Shown one piece after another: positions 1 to 12,046 of a DNA stretch of 64,000 nucleotides. The notes below the pieces were generated by a model. The model worked only from the letters and a program-made list of their open reading frames with translations, was not told the origin of the DNA and made no database searches. Numbering within the stretch: position 1 is the first letter of the stretch; every line of letters begins with the position of its first letter. The translations under genes and the position numbers were made by a program. Source of the stretch: Callorhinchus milii. Taxonomy: Eukaryota. The DNA lies in contig NW_024704743.1 in the NCBI RefSeq assembly GCF_018977255.1, forward strand, positions 13,270,001-13,334,000, given 5' to 3'.

Positions 1-554
1 CATTTTCAAATAATAGTCTAGTTTTCAAAGAAAGGGTAATTCAGAGATACAAAAATGTTAGTTCAATTAGTCAGCCTTTTCTGGTGAATTTGGGGGTGAT
101 TTTCTCACACAGCTCCACACTTCTATAAGGAATAAGGCATAAGAGGTAATTTAACCCTAGTAAATTTTGGATTACTGGTGCGTTTTTACATATTGATACA
201 TGGCACAGGGCAGATTAAGGGATCTGTAACAAAGACTGATATCTTGGCAAATCCTGAAAGATGCTGAACTTGAAGAAATTGTCCTGGAGGACCATCGAAT
301 ATTGCATTTTTCCCATTGTGGGGTGCATACTCCAGCATCCCCACTCTGACACAAACCATCAGAAATATTTATCATAAGTCCATTTTGCTTCAAGATTGCA
401 TAGAATTACGAAAAGTTGTTCAATTCAATCTTTTATTGGAAACCAGACTTTTTTTAAAAAAACCCTGTCAGTCAGCTTTTAATTTAAGACCAAATTTAAG
501 AATTTTGCACAATTTGGCGCAATTTTAAACTTTAACTCAAAATGGGCTAGCAGG

Positions 555-880
555 ATAATAATAATAATAATAATAATCCTTGCATTTGATATAGCGCTTT
601 TCACGTCGGGAGGACGTCCCAAAGCGCTTCACAGAATACACTGTAAAGTGAATTGACTGTATATTTGTGGGCGAATGCGGCAGTCAATTGCGCACAGCAA
701 TGTCCCACAAACAGTCGTAGATTGAAAATGACCACTTTATTATTGTTTTGTTTTTGGAGGGATTATTATTAGGCGTGTGGAGTAAGGAAACTTGCCCAAG
801 GTTTCGCCCTGCCTGGAAATGAACTCAGGTCTCTCGCTTGCAAAGCGAGCGCTCTAACCACTGAGCTACAGGACTCCACA
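555..880 (-). mobile_element. tRNA-derived Deu-domain SINE, short young subfamily, full length
   Basis: The reverse complement has the head TGTGGAGTCCTGTAGCTCAGTGGTTAGAGC with A/B-box-like motifs and anticodon arm CTCGC-TTTGCAA-GCGAG. It also has a Deu-like core (GTTTGTGGGACATTGCTGTGCGCAATTG), an L2-like 3' stem-loop and a (TTA)n tail. It is near-identical to the copies at 12047, 44845 and 55051. Confidence 0.92.
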
Positions 881-928
881 AGAGTAAATGATAAGAGTAA
901 ATGGAATTTCAGGCCTTAAATCTATTGC

Positions 929-1290
929 TTTTTTTTGGTCAGATGGATGTCTTGACACATGCAGAAACCCATCACCATGCTTAAGAGTATCCAAATTGAG
1001 CATTCCATGCATCCACCTATGCGTTGAAATTCCAGCAATATTTGTTGAATGGAATACGCATTTTTATCTTGGAGGGACACATCCTGCTTATCAAATTCCA
1101 GAGAGGATTCGGTCCAGGTTAGCAAGAGCGAAGGCTTGGAACACCAGCATGTGAGTTGGGGTACTTCTGTAGTCTAACCAGCCAAAACTGCATAGCTTGC
1201 CATTCAGCGCAGTCCGGCAAGCTTTCCCGCTGCTTGTCCAGCTAGGGCCACATTAGGACTTTGGCTTGCAGGGTTAACAGGAACCGAGTA
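929..1290 (-). repeat. Unclassified interspersed repeat (family C), A-rich end
   Basis: Shares the blocks GGTCAG..TGTCTGACACATG..GAAACCCATCACCATGCTTAAGAGTATCCAAA and GGGTACT..GTCTAACCAGC..AAAACTGCATAGCTTGCCATT with the copies at 26731, 26945, 34255, 35185, 49725, 58975 and 60178. Confidence 0.8.
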
Positions 1291-1501
1291 GGAAGTGTCA
1301 TCTATTGACCAACTCCTCAATGGCTTGAAATCACTGAGCAAAGCATTAGGTGGCACACCTGACCACCTGCAGATCTACATCCCATGAATAGTGGAATAAT
1401 TGGAATCTTGATAGGGAAGCTCTAGTGAAACTTGGCTGCATCAAGGAACTAATAGTTTTGAAACAGAAAATTACCACCTCCACATTTCATTGATTGGTCA
1501 A

Positions 1502-1720
1502 AATAATAATAATAATAATAATTTTTGCATTTGATATAGCACTTTTCACGTCGGGAGGACGTCCCAAAGCGCTTCACAGAACACACTGTAAAGTGAATTA
1601 ACTGTATATTTGTGGGCGAACGCGGCAGCCAATTGCGCACAGCAATGTCCCACAAACAGTCGTAGATTGAAAATGACCAATTTAATTATTGTTTTTGGTT
1701 TTTGGAGGGATTATTATTGG
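1502..1720 (-). mobile_element. Short-subfamily SINE, 5'-truncated
   Basis: Body and tail are near-identical to 555-780. The tRNA head is absent. Confidence 0.9.
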
Positions 1721-2394
1721 GTTAAAATGTAACCTATATTCAAATGAAGAAAATACCCAGGCTGATAATCTATTCCATTTTCATTTACTGATCAGTTGAG
1801 TAAACTCACAAAATACATAGATTGAGTCAGATTTGTTAAATGGAATGAGGGAGGAAACAGGTTCTATTTGAACTTGTTAAAGTTTAAAGTTTGGTTTATT
1901 ATTTATATATTGATATATTTGCTATATCAAACGCAAGGATTATTATTAAAGGTAAGGATTATTATTGTTGCCCATCCCAGTAATGGCCCTGTGTACTGTA
2001 TTAATCATACTTCAGCTGTAACAGTGCAATATAAGGTAACATTAAACAAAACCTGGATAACCAACAAGAGAAATTAAAGACACAGGTTGCTAATTTTAAT
2101 TTCCACTTTGAGAATGTCAGATTGCGGAGAGTCAGGAATCCTGCATTGGCAAAGTCTGACAAACGTCTGGTGAGCGAAGGGCCAGCCAGTCCCCTCAGGC
2201 GTTTTGTTGGAGGGTGTTTTTTTTTACGTTTTCTGACTTGGGATTTGTTATTTGCAATTTTGCAATCTTGCAATGTCATATTTGCAAAACAGAAGTTTCA
2301 ATTAATTTGTAAATAGGGCACTTTAGACCCTAAAACTGTATCTCAATGCACATACACAACACACAAAACAATAATTAGCTAGGTTGCAAAGGGG

Positions 2395-2645
2395 GAAGAG
2401 TAGGAGGATTTTTTTTCTATGTGAGAGGTTAAGATGTGGAATGCTCTGTTGGATCTGGTGATCGAGGCAGATACTAAATTAGCTTTCAAAAGAAAACTAC
2501 ATAGATATCTGAAAAGGAGTAATTTGCACAGGTATGGGGAAAAAAGGCAGGCAAATGGGACTGAATGAATTCTTCTTTCAACAAGCCATCACAGACATGA
2601 TGATCTGAATAGTTTTCTCCTGTGCTAAAACGTCTATGTTTGTAT
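2395..2645 (+). mobile_element. CR1 LINE 3' end fragment
   Basis: Degenerate C-terminal motif (FF..RV..MWNAL) followed by a CR1-type 3' UTR. Resembles the reverse complement of 5229-5500. Confidence 0.65.
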
Positions 2646-4684
2646 GGTTCTAAGCAAAGGATCATTAAGAATGGAAAACTAAAAATGAGCAGCACAGAGC
2701 AACAATCTAATACAGATACATTGTGTCCCCAGGAATTATACCAGAAATTACAGGACAGATAGTCATTGCACCCATGCTCATAGGCTCAATTACTTACAGA
2801 AAATCCAATTCCCAAGTCTGTTCCCATGTCTTTGTTTTTCTTATAATATTTATCCAGCAATTCCAGGATTTTAAACCAGAGTACCACATTCCAGACTTTA
2901 GATTCCATTCGACCTGATGTTGGATGGTGCTGAGGTCTTTGGGTGCTGTGTTGAGATCATTTACACGCTCCTGCTTGTCCAGTGATGGACCATTACCCAT
3001 GAATTCAGGCACTTTTCAATGCCTTCAGGTTATTCACCTCAAATAATTCAATTTAATTTGAGTATTTGTGTATTAATTATATGTTTCTTGTTTGATTATT
3101 TATTTTCAGATGATTAACCTTTTTTTGAATGCGTCATTAATTCACTTCCTGTCTTGCAATTCAGGTATTAATGAGCCACTGCCACTATTTCAAGTGACAT
3201 TTTTCTTCTGATTATCCTACCTTACCTTCCTCCCTCCATCGAAACTCATCTCCCAAAATTCTAAATTACAATACAACCCCATTATCATGCATTTCTTTAT
3301 AATATACGTTTGTTTATAACACAATTGAGTCATGGACATATTCTTATTTAAAATTGAAAAGTAATGACATGTTTTGAAGTGTGACAACTGGGCTTGATGT
3401 ATGCAGCGCATTGATGTACCCAACCAGCTTCCTGCTCATGTCCGTCACCGTTCTGTGATCTGTGACATCAGGATGTGGACACACTGACCAGCCACCACTC
3501 TTGATTGTTCCTTGTTGTAAGGTTTCATGGAATTTTATGGACCCTCAACAACCACCTTATAACATACGCTACTATAACTGGATTTCATTTCATTGTTGTT
3601 TGTAAGACATTGCTATTGTGAATTAACTACTGCATTTTTCTCCTTAACAACATTCACTTCACTTACAATTAATCTCATTCTGTAAAGCACTTTGGGAAGT
3701 TTCCTTTGCATCAAAGGCGCTGCTATAAGTTGTTTTTGCCACCGCCATCACACAGCACGAGATGGTTCTGAAAGAGCATCTGAACCATATACCATTTTGA
3801 TACCACAGTGGCTTACTGACTCAGTTGTCAGTGTATTCAATCAAAAGCACCATTTATGAAGCCAACATCAACCTGCTGAGCTCTTCAGTGACTAACAATA
3901 TGTACCAACACAGTGCATCAATCGTTTCCTCTGGTGCCAAGTTAACCCACCACATAGGCATTGTCCTCACAAGGAGTGCCTGGATTCTAGCTACCCTCCC
4001 CAGTCCCACACTCTCCAGTTTCACAGCACTATTTGATGTAGCTGGAGGGAATTTTGCAGCTGACTCAGGCAATGTGATCCTGATGTGAAACTGATGCATG
4101 TCAAGGAGAAGGGAGGCCTTGTAGCTAATTGCTCTGTCGCACTTGTTTCGTGTGTGAGAACCAACACTGGGAGAACCAAAAGCTTCGCTCATTACGCTGC
4201 TTTTACTGGTCCACCACCTGCAGCAAGGTGCTTTCAAATAATGATTTCATGAAGTGTTTATGTTCCCACAAAGTCAATTTTCACACTGCTTTGACCGTAC
4301 AATTACCTGCATTAGACGCATATCATTGACATGACTGTCATTGTACTGATAGTGGCCTTGGATCGTATTTCTTTCTTTACCTGTGTAATTTTAGCAGGTT
4401 GTTTCTTCGATCACTGAGTTTTACAACACATGGAATCAATTACACTTAATGGGGTCAAAATAGCATCGGTTCATAACAGTATTCATAAATAGTGGCTCAG
4501 AGTTTTAACAACAGAATCATAACGGTAACTAGGCGTAAATCACTTTCAAATCATTGGCTCCCAAAACCTACTAACTGTGCTTTGGAGAAGGGATACCATA
4601 AATCGGCCATGACATCTTGCCGGTTATCAGTCTCATTCCCTATCAACAACAACTTGTATACTTGTATACAATAATGTTTTGGAG

Positions 4685-5040
4685 CACTTTACAATAGTGG
4701 GATGGATGCCAATCAAGGGAGGGAGGGGAGAGGAGACGAGGTGACCATAGGCACGGTCGAAGATGTAGGTTCAAAAGAGAGACCTGAAGATAGAGTTGGG
4801 GAATCAAGGCAGGGGACTTCCAGAGGTTTGAGTGTAAAAGCTGAAAGCTTGGCCACCGATGGTAGGTTGGAGTCGTGAGCATGCCCTAGTTAGCTGATTG
4901 GAGTGGGTGAACAGAGGAGTGGGGGAGAATGAGATCAGAGAGGTTGAGAGGTGCTAGGATGTGAAAGTGTTTATAGATGAGGGTGTTGACCTTGAAATCA
5001 ATCCACTGAGAGACAGGGAGCCGGCAAGCCTGGCAAGTGA
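4685..5040 (-). mobile_element. Old L2 LINE 3' fragment
   Basis: Similar to the other L2 3' ends (CACGGTCGAAGA..AGGT, CCACCGATGGTAGG, TTGAAATCAATCC..GGGAGCC). Confidence 0.7.
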
Positions 5041-5228
5041 CTCAGAGACACTATTTGTTAATCTCATTGCGAACTTATGCTTTTTCAACAGCGAGAATCA
5101 AGAAGTGTCTACTTGTATTGTCATCTGAGCTAAACGAAATCCCAATTTCTTGCAGTAAGCAGAAATGCACCGATCGCTAAGATACTTTCACAAGTTGAAC
5201 AGTTCAAACAGTCTGATGATTTTATTGA

Positions 5229-5960
5229 ATCATAGAAGCATACAATTATGCAGCACAGAAAGAGGGCATTTGGCCCATCATGTCTGTGCGGCTCTTTGAA
5301 AAGACCTAGTCAAATCAATCCCACTCCACCGCTCTCTCCCCATATCCCTGAAAACTTGTCCTCCCCAAATAATTATCTACTTCTTTCTTAAAAGTTGTTA
5401 TCAAGTTGGCTTCCACCACCCTTTCAGGCAATGCAATCCAGATCCCAACAACTTGCTGTGTGAAAACATTTCTCCGCACTTCCCCCCTGTTTCTTCTAAC
5501 AACTATTTTAAATCTGTGCTCTTGAGTTACCGACCCACCCGTCATTGGAAACAGTTTCTCCTTGTTCACCCTATCGAATCTCCTCATAATTTTGAAAACT
5601 TCTATTAATTCTCCTCTTAACCTTCTCTGCTCCAAGGAGAATAATCCCAGCTTCTCTAGCCTCTCCTGCTAACTGAAGTCCCTCATTCCTGGTACCATCC
5701 TGGTAAATCTCCTTTTCACCCTCTCCAATGCCTTGACATCCTCCTATCGTGGTGCCCAGAACTAAACACAGTCTCTAGCTGAGGCCTAACCAGTGTTTTA
5801 TAAAGGTTCATCATAACTTCCTGACTTTTGTATTCCATACCCCTAATTATAAAGCCTAGTATCCCATGTGCTTTTTTAACAGCTTTATCTCCCTGTCCAG
5901 CCACCTTCAAAGATTTACTTATTTGAACCCCAGGTCTCTCTGTTCCTTCACCCACTTCAA
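5229..5960 (-). mobile_element. CR1 LINE 3' fragment (ORF2 C-terminus and 3' UTR)
   Basis: ORFs 5716-5955 (LYKTLVRPQLE) and 5315-5635 (LEQRRLRGELIEVFKI..HRFK..FTQQVVGIW..LP) carry typical CR1 motifs. Same family as 63506-64000. Confidence 0.92.
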
Positions 5961-6084
5961 GATTTGTATGGATGGATACAACAATTTACTCATCTGTTAT
6001 TTGTTTAGTGTAACAAAAAGCTGAGGATAGTGCAGTGAATTGTCAACATTTGGGGTCTAACCTGTGATATTTATAAACTTATTG

Positions 6085-6420
6085 CATTAACCCCATGTCA
6101 GAACTTGAGCTGACAATCTAGGATGACATTCCAGTGCAGTGGTGGGGAAGCCCTGCATTGTCAGAGCTACTATCCTTCAAATGAAACATGAACAAAGGTC
6201 TTGTCCTTTGATGATAAAAATCCCATGACACTATTTGAACAGTGAAGGGAGTTTCTCCAATGTCCTGGCCAACAATTCTCCAGATAACTTGTTCATGGCT
6301 GTTTATGAAGTATTCTGGCACACTACCCTGAATGAGCGATGCTATATAAATACAAGTTGTTGTTTTTGTTGTTAATGTGTGTAAATTGGCCACAACATTT
6401 GCTTACAAATATTAAAAAAA
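6085..6420 (+). mobile_element. SacSINE1-like DeuSINE, degraded and interrupted
   Basis: Motifs CTAGGATGACATTCCAGTGCAGT, ATCCCATGACACTATTTGAA and TGTCCTGGCCAAC match the copy at 22880. Confidence 0.7.
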
Positions 6421-7544
6421 ATTATTTGGGTAGCTGGCGATGGGACTGAGGCATTTCAGCATTATAGGGGCTACAGCAAAATCAAGGATTATTGTTCTTA
6501 TTAAAAATCCTTGCCTTGGAATTGTTCCCAGATATTCATTATTCCTTCCATGTGAACCATTGGAAACCTTAGTGAGATTACTGTCATGTAATCACTCTCA
6601 TCTATCCATTAATCCCTGCATCAGAACTTTTTAATATGACTACAGATTGGTCATCACTCCAGGGTATCTGTTATTCTCTATTCAAGCCATTGAGAATCCT
6701 TAATGAGATTACTGCCATTTAAGCATGCCTGGGGATTCATTATTCTCTTGTGACACTGATAGACATTTTGCATCTTTCACATACTGACAACCATTTCCCA
6801 TGTCTGATTTCTCATAATGTGGAGTTATGTCTGAAAGTCGGCCCCATTTCAAAGCAAAGACTAAAATGTACCTCATGTCATTGCATTAATTATTCAGCGA
6901 CGGCTGAATGGATTCAATTCTAAATCGCCTGATATCTTTGTCTGTGTATAACGGTCTTTGCTAGTTTCAAATGATTTATATAATTAATAAAGAATTGGCC
7001 ACAGGTAATTGGCACATTGTCATTGTTGGTTTCATTGGTTTTCGCTCATTGCTGAGGCAGTGCACTTTTATAAATCCTATCTGTGATCATCTGTATTAGT
7101 GCTGGGAGCTAGGCCAGACGTAGGTGACGTGTGGTATTAGCAGTCATGATTGCGTTAATACCTGATAACTTAATGGTGTGTAAAACGTGCTTAAGTGCAG
7201 TGTGCAGTGCTGTGGGAAAAGGAACAATGTGCATAAGAATTGGAGTACAAAACATCATGTGGGAGGGAATTACAGAGACAATAAGAATCAGGGCAAGACC
7301 TTGTCAATGCCGAGTGCAATCTGCGGTGTCAAGCTGTTCAGCCTCTATTGAACTTGATGGTGCGAAACGGTTTGGTGCTGCTGCATCGATATGTTAATTA
7401 GATGCTTCTTCTGGTGTGTTTCTGTGCATTGTAGTATCATTGGAGTGACAGCTCAGAGAAACTGCACACAGCGCTGGCACACAGTGTCACTATCCCAGTG
7501 TTTGACTCCCAGATAAAAAGATTGACTCTCAGAAGAAAGGAGAA

Positions 7545-7812
7545 AGAACTTGCATTGACTAGGGATGCAATGTCTCAAAGTACATTATAATAATTATTGC
7601 TGACTGTAGTGACTACTGTTTTGTATTCAAACACAGCGGTGATTTTGTACCAGCGCAGTCCCACAAACATCCTACAAACACCTGTGAGATGAATGACCAA
7701 AATACCTGTAGGATTGTTGATCAGGATATCGGTAAAGCTCGCTACTCTTTTCAAATAATTTCATGGGATTGTTAACATCCACCTGAACAGGCCTTGGTTT
7801 AACACCTCATCA
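7545..7812 (-). mobile_element. SacSINE1-like DeuSINE fragment
   Basis: Contains CCCACAAAC, TTTTCAAATAAT..CATGGGAT..AACATCCACCTGAAC and GGTTTAACACCTCATC. Confidence 0.65.
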
Positions 7813-8318
7813 AAATTTGACAATATATCACAAAGACAAAGAGTATCTATGGCCAACAATCTCCCCCACACAAAAAAATAGTCATTCACTTCATGGTTGT
7901 TCATGAGACATTGTGTGTTGTACACAAATTGGCTGTTGCAAAGAGTAGTGACTACAAAATAGTCACTACACTTTACAGTAAATCCTGTGAAGCACTTCCT
8001 TCCAACATGAAAAGTGCTAAATTCAATGCAAGGATTATTCTATTTATTATCTTTCTCCCTTGCTCCATCCAGCATAAGGGCCAATGATGATAATTTTTAT
8101 TCTAAAACCATGTTTCTGCTGATCTGCCTGGGGTATCACAAAGATATCACAAGCAGGACGACAGCAATGGTGCCAGCAGAGATGCTAGAATCCTCCCAGA
8201 GGGAGGAAGGTTCATTTCCAATGTTAACAAGCCGGGACTCCTCATACCAGAGCTCCTGTGCAATGATGATCATGTTTGTGAACTTGAGCACTGAGTAAAA
8301 TATGGCTTTTGGCCATTA

Positions 8319-8947
8319 ATAATAATAATAATAATAATCCTTGCATTTGATATAGCGCTTTTCACGTCTTCTAGACGACCCAAAGCGCTTCACAGAATAT
8401 ACTGTAAAGTGAATTGACTGTATATTTGTGGGCAAAACGCGGCAGCCAATTGCGCACAGCAATGTCCCATAAACAGTCGTAGATTGAAAATGACCAATTT
8501 ATTATTGTTTTTTTTGGAGGAATTATTATCAGGCGTGCGGAGTAAGGAAACTTGCCCAAGGTTTCACCCTGTCTAGAATTGAACTCAGGTCTCTCTTGGA
8601 GTCCTGTAGCTCAGTGGTTAGAGCACTCGCTTTGCAAGCGAGAGACCTGAGTTCAATTCCAGGCAGGGCGAAACCTTGGGCAAGTTTCCTTACTCCACAC
8701 ACCTAATAATAATCCCTCCAAAACCAAAAACAATAATAAATTGGTCATTTTCAATCTACGACTGTTTGTGGGACATTGCTGTGCGCAATTGGCTGCCGCG
8801 TTCGCCCATAAATATACAGTCAATTCACTTTACAGTGTGTTCTGTGAAGCGCTTTGGGACGTCCTCCCAACGTGAAAAGCGCTATATCGAATGCAAGGAT
8901 TATTATTATTAAAGCGAGCCCTCTAACCACTGAGCTACAGGACTCCA
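8319..8947 (-). mobile_element. Short-type SINE split by a nested SINE (pieces 8319-8595 and 8911-8947)
   Basis: The body runs to GAACTCAGGTCTCTC at 8595 and resumes as AAAGCGAGCCCTCTAACCACTGAGCTACAGGACTCCA at 8911. Confidence 0.9.
8597..8910 (+). mobile_element. Short young SINE, full length, nested
   Basis: Runs from TGGAGTCCTGTAGCTCAGTGG to GCAAGGATTATTATTATT. Confidence 0.92.
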
Positions 8948-9167
8948 TTATTACTGAGGAGCCTGGGTTTTGTGCTACGAATGAATTGCAGGTGTTAAGC
9001 AACACCACAGACTTAGAAAATCACAATTATTCCAAGATAAGAGGGATGAATTGAACTGGGTTAGGATGAATAATGACTTTGCCTCATTTCACCCACAAAA
9101 TATACAGTCAATTCACTTAACAATACATTCTATGAAGCGCTTTGTGATGCCTCATAAGGCGCTATAT

Positions 9168-9534
9168 AGTGGTGTCGTGCACTTAGAGCACTTGCATCGC
9201 AAAGAGAGACCTAGGTTAAATTCCCAGCAGGGCAAAACAAAATGCTGGACGAAGTTCCATACCCCACACGCCTGTTTATGTAGCAATAAGTAGGAACCCG
9301 GTAGATAGTCGATTGGCGGATTGCTTTTTCAGGGGTAATAATTCCTTAAAAAACAATAATGAATTGGTCACTCAATCCACCACTGTTTATGGGACACTGC
9401 TGTGCGCAATTACCTGCTGTGTTTTTCCCACAAAATATACAGTCAATTCACTTTATGGTATGTTCTGTGATGCGCTTTGAGACATCTCAAAGACATGATA
9501 AGGCGCTGTATCAAATGCAAGGATTATTATTATT
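9168..9534 (+). mobile_element. Long (older) subfamily SINE
   Basis: Degenerate tRNA head plus the extra internal segment TGTTT..TAGCAATAAGTAGGAACCCGG..GTCGATTGGCGGATTGCTTTT, a Deu core and a (TTA)n tail. Confidence 0.85.
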
Positions 9535-10059
9535 TAATCAGGTGGCCTTAGTTCCCTGGGTTAGGGAAGCAAATGATCTACCTGAAGTGTGAAAGTGCTG
9601 AGTGGAAGCAGCCCCTTTGACCAGAGTTCTGTCAGCATTTACCTTTCAAAATGGGATGGAATTAGTGGAGGTTATGTGGAGGGTAAGGTACATTCATGGT
9701 GGGAGTTTGAAATTCCCCTGCTCATTCATTCTATAACAGGTGGACATCCCAACCTTCTTCCAGTTTTTGATTGCATTCTGGTCATGTCCCAGATTTTAGG
9801 CTTTCAAGGATGCTAGAGGCACCAAGAGCCATGCCTGGCCTCACTGAGCTTCAGCCTATTCATCTTTGTTTCACAGGGTAAAGCATTGCCTGGCCGTGCA
9901 AACTGCCCCAACTCTTTTTGTCTTGTTCAAGTTGCATTCCCCAGTTGAAGAGGGGAGGGGGCATCACTATTGGGCCTGATCCTGTCTTTCCCCAGTGCCT
10001 TCATATATGTACTTCCTAGACTTGTCACCGGATAGTGATAAAGAGAGGACTGTCTGCTT

Positions 10060-10540
10060 GTTTAGCTTTTAACACAGTGGACCATGCCATCTTCCTCTAC
10101 CGCCTCTCCTCCCTCATCCACTTCAGTGGGTCTGCCCTCTTCTGGATCAAGTCCTACTTGAACTCTATCTGGAACTCTATCCCCCAGTGCCTTCGCCGCC
10201 TCCTCCCTTTCCTCCTTCAAGGCCGGTCTCAAGACCTTTCTCTTTGACCGTGCCTTCAGCTCCCCTCTCGACTCTCTACCCACTCCTCGCTCCCTCCCTT
10301 CCCTCCCCTCACCCTGACCATTTCCCCCCTGCTCGGGTCCTGACCCAACTGTACAGCGTCTTGGGACGTCCTCCCGACGTGAAAGGCGCTCAATAAATGG
10401 AATCTTGTTGTTGTTGTTGTTGTACTTGACACACCACCACTATTTTGTCTCCTCTAATGGTTTCTTCTCCCACTCCTGCATGGTCACCTGGATATATCCA
10501 CAAGGATATATTCTTGGCCTCCTTTTTCACATTTACATTA
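10060..10540 (+). mobile_element. Old L2 RT fragment interrupted by a young L2 3' end
   Basis: AFNTVDHAIFLYRL..W.KSYL continues after 10423 as THHHYFVSSNGFFS..PQG.ILG. Confidence 0.8.
10162..10422 (+). mobile_element. Young L2 LINE 3' end with 7-bp TSD
   Basis: Near-identical to the reverse complements of the 55539 and 63059 copies. It has a (TTG)n tail, and TACTTGA is duplicated at 10155-10161 and 10423-10429. Confidence 0.9.
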
Positions 10541-10663
10541 AGTCTTCAACAGCATTCAGTTATCAAGGAAAATTACCGGAACTTGTTTAATTAAACTTAA
10601 TTTGATTAAACGACTGTTTGTAAAACATTGCTGTGTGCCATGTTGCACCCACAAAATACATGG

Positions 10664-10664
<1 letters not shown>

Positions 10665-10696
<32 letters not shown>
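10665..10696. repeat. (CAAT)n microsatellite inside a SINE remnant
   Basis: Run of tandem CAAT units expanded from the CAGTCAAT of the SINE body. Confidence 0.85.
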
Positions 10697-11734
10697 TGAT
10701 AAGGGGCTATATCAAATGCAAAGATTATTGTTACTATTGCATGCTCCCTCTTCGTGATATCATCCGGACACAGGGGTTCAACCAGCACATTTATTCAGGT
10801 GATACCCAAATCTAGTTTACCTTCTTATGTGCGGGGAAGCATCTCGGAGTACTGAAAGTATTTCTCATGCTTTAAGTATTAAGTATTTCTACCTTCTGCA
10901 TCAACAGAGTTTACTGTCCTATGCAAAATAATGTCCGTCACTTTATTTGAAATGCTTCACTACCAAACAAGAGATTAATTGCTATTGTTGTTAAGTTAAA
11001 GAGCTTTGTGGTTTGACTAATGTACACACTGCAACTATAAATCTGCTGAATCAGTTCTGTATTTATAGCTGTTCAGAACCACAAAGAGTGTAAACAATAC
11101 AGAAAATTTGCTTCAGTGCATTTTCTATGTTGAGTACAATCTCACGCTAGCTTCTCTGTGGCTGCTGATGCCTGAACTCATCTATGTATCAGTAAGGAAG
11201 GGAAAGACGTGTGTCATAACAATTTATGCTCAGTGGTAAGAAACCACATTGAGTGGCCTGGACGTGACCTGAAAGAGAACTCGCATAACTCATAGTAGCT
11301 GAATAGACATTGTGAGATGTCAGCATGGGCAGCGTTTGAAGGTGTTAACACAAGGGTCTGACAGAAGCACCAAGAATTATGCTATCAGTCTGCAGTTAAT
11401 GTGCAACTTTGCCAATGCCCAATGCACACTGAGTTATGGGAGGGGTGATTCATAACAAAACCTTTCTGTGACCTCCATGTAATGTGCAGCTATAACCAGT
11501 GCTGCATTCTGTTTGCCATCTGTCTTCTGCACGTGCTGTTCATTGTACATAAGTGCAACTGAACGGTAAAACAGCTGTGTAATAAAAATATATTCTAACA
11601 TGCATTTAACATCCGTTGGTGAGCAAATTTTAGTTATTGTAGCACATGCTCAGGAATGTACAGGAGTCTGCAAAAAAACTTACTCAAGTTTTTCATACTC
11701 CATTAAACTGTGTTATTCACTACTACCACCACCA

Positions 11735-12046
11735 ACAACAATATAGCACCCTTCACAAGCGCCAGCGTCTCAGAGCACTTAACAGAGGCGGAGTTGATAC
11801 CGAGCTGGGGGAGGGAGGAAGTGACCATAAGCACGGTCAAAGAGGAAGGTCTTCAGGCATGATCTGAAAAAGGGGAAGGAGGGGAAAGGCAGAAAGATTA
11901 AGGGCGTAGTGACTGAAGCCACAGACACCAATGGTGGCGCTGAGAGGACGAGGGACAACCAGGAGGCTAGAGCCAGCTGAGCAGAGGTGGTAGATGGTAG
12001 AGTGGAGAGTAAGCAAATTGGAAAGGTATGGAGGTACAAGGGAGTT
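11735..12046 (-). mobile_element. L2 3' fragment
   Basis: The minus-strand translation contains P.YLSNLL and FRSCLKTFLFDRAY. Confidence 0.8.

Noticed and set aside
8597..8672. tRNA-Ala(TGC)-like cloverleaf, several copies
   Set aside because: It is always fused to the SINE body and tail and has imperfect T and acceptor stems. It is a SINE head, not a tRNA gene.
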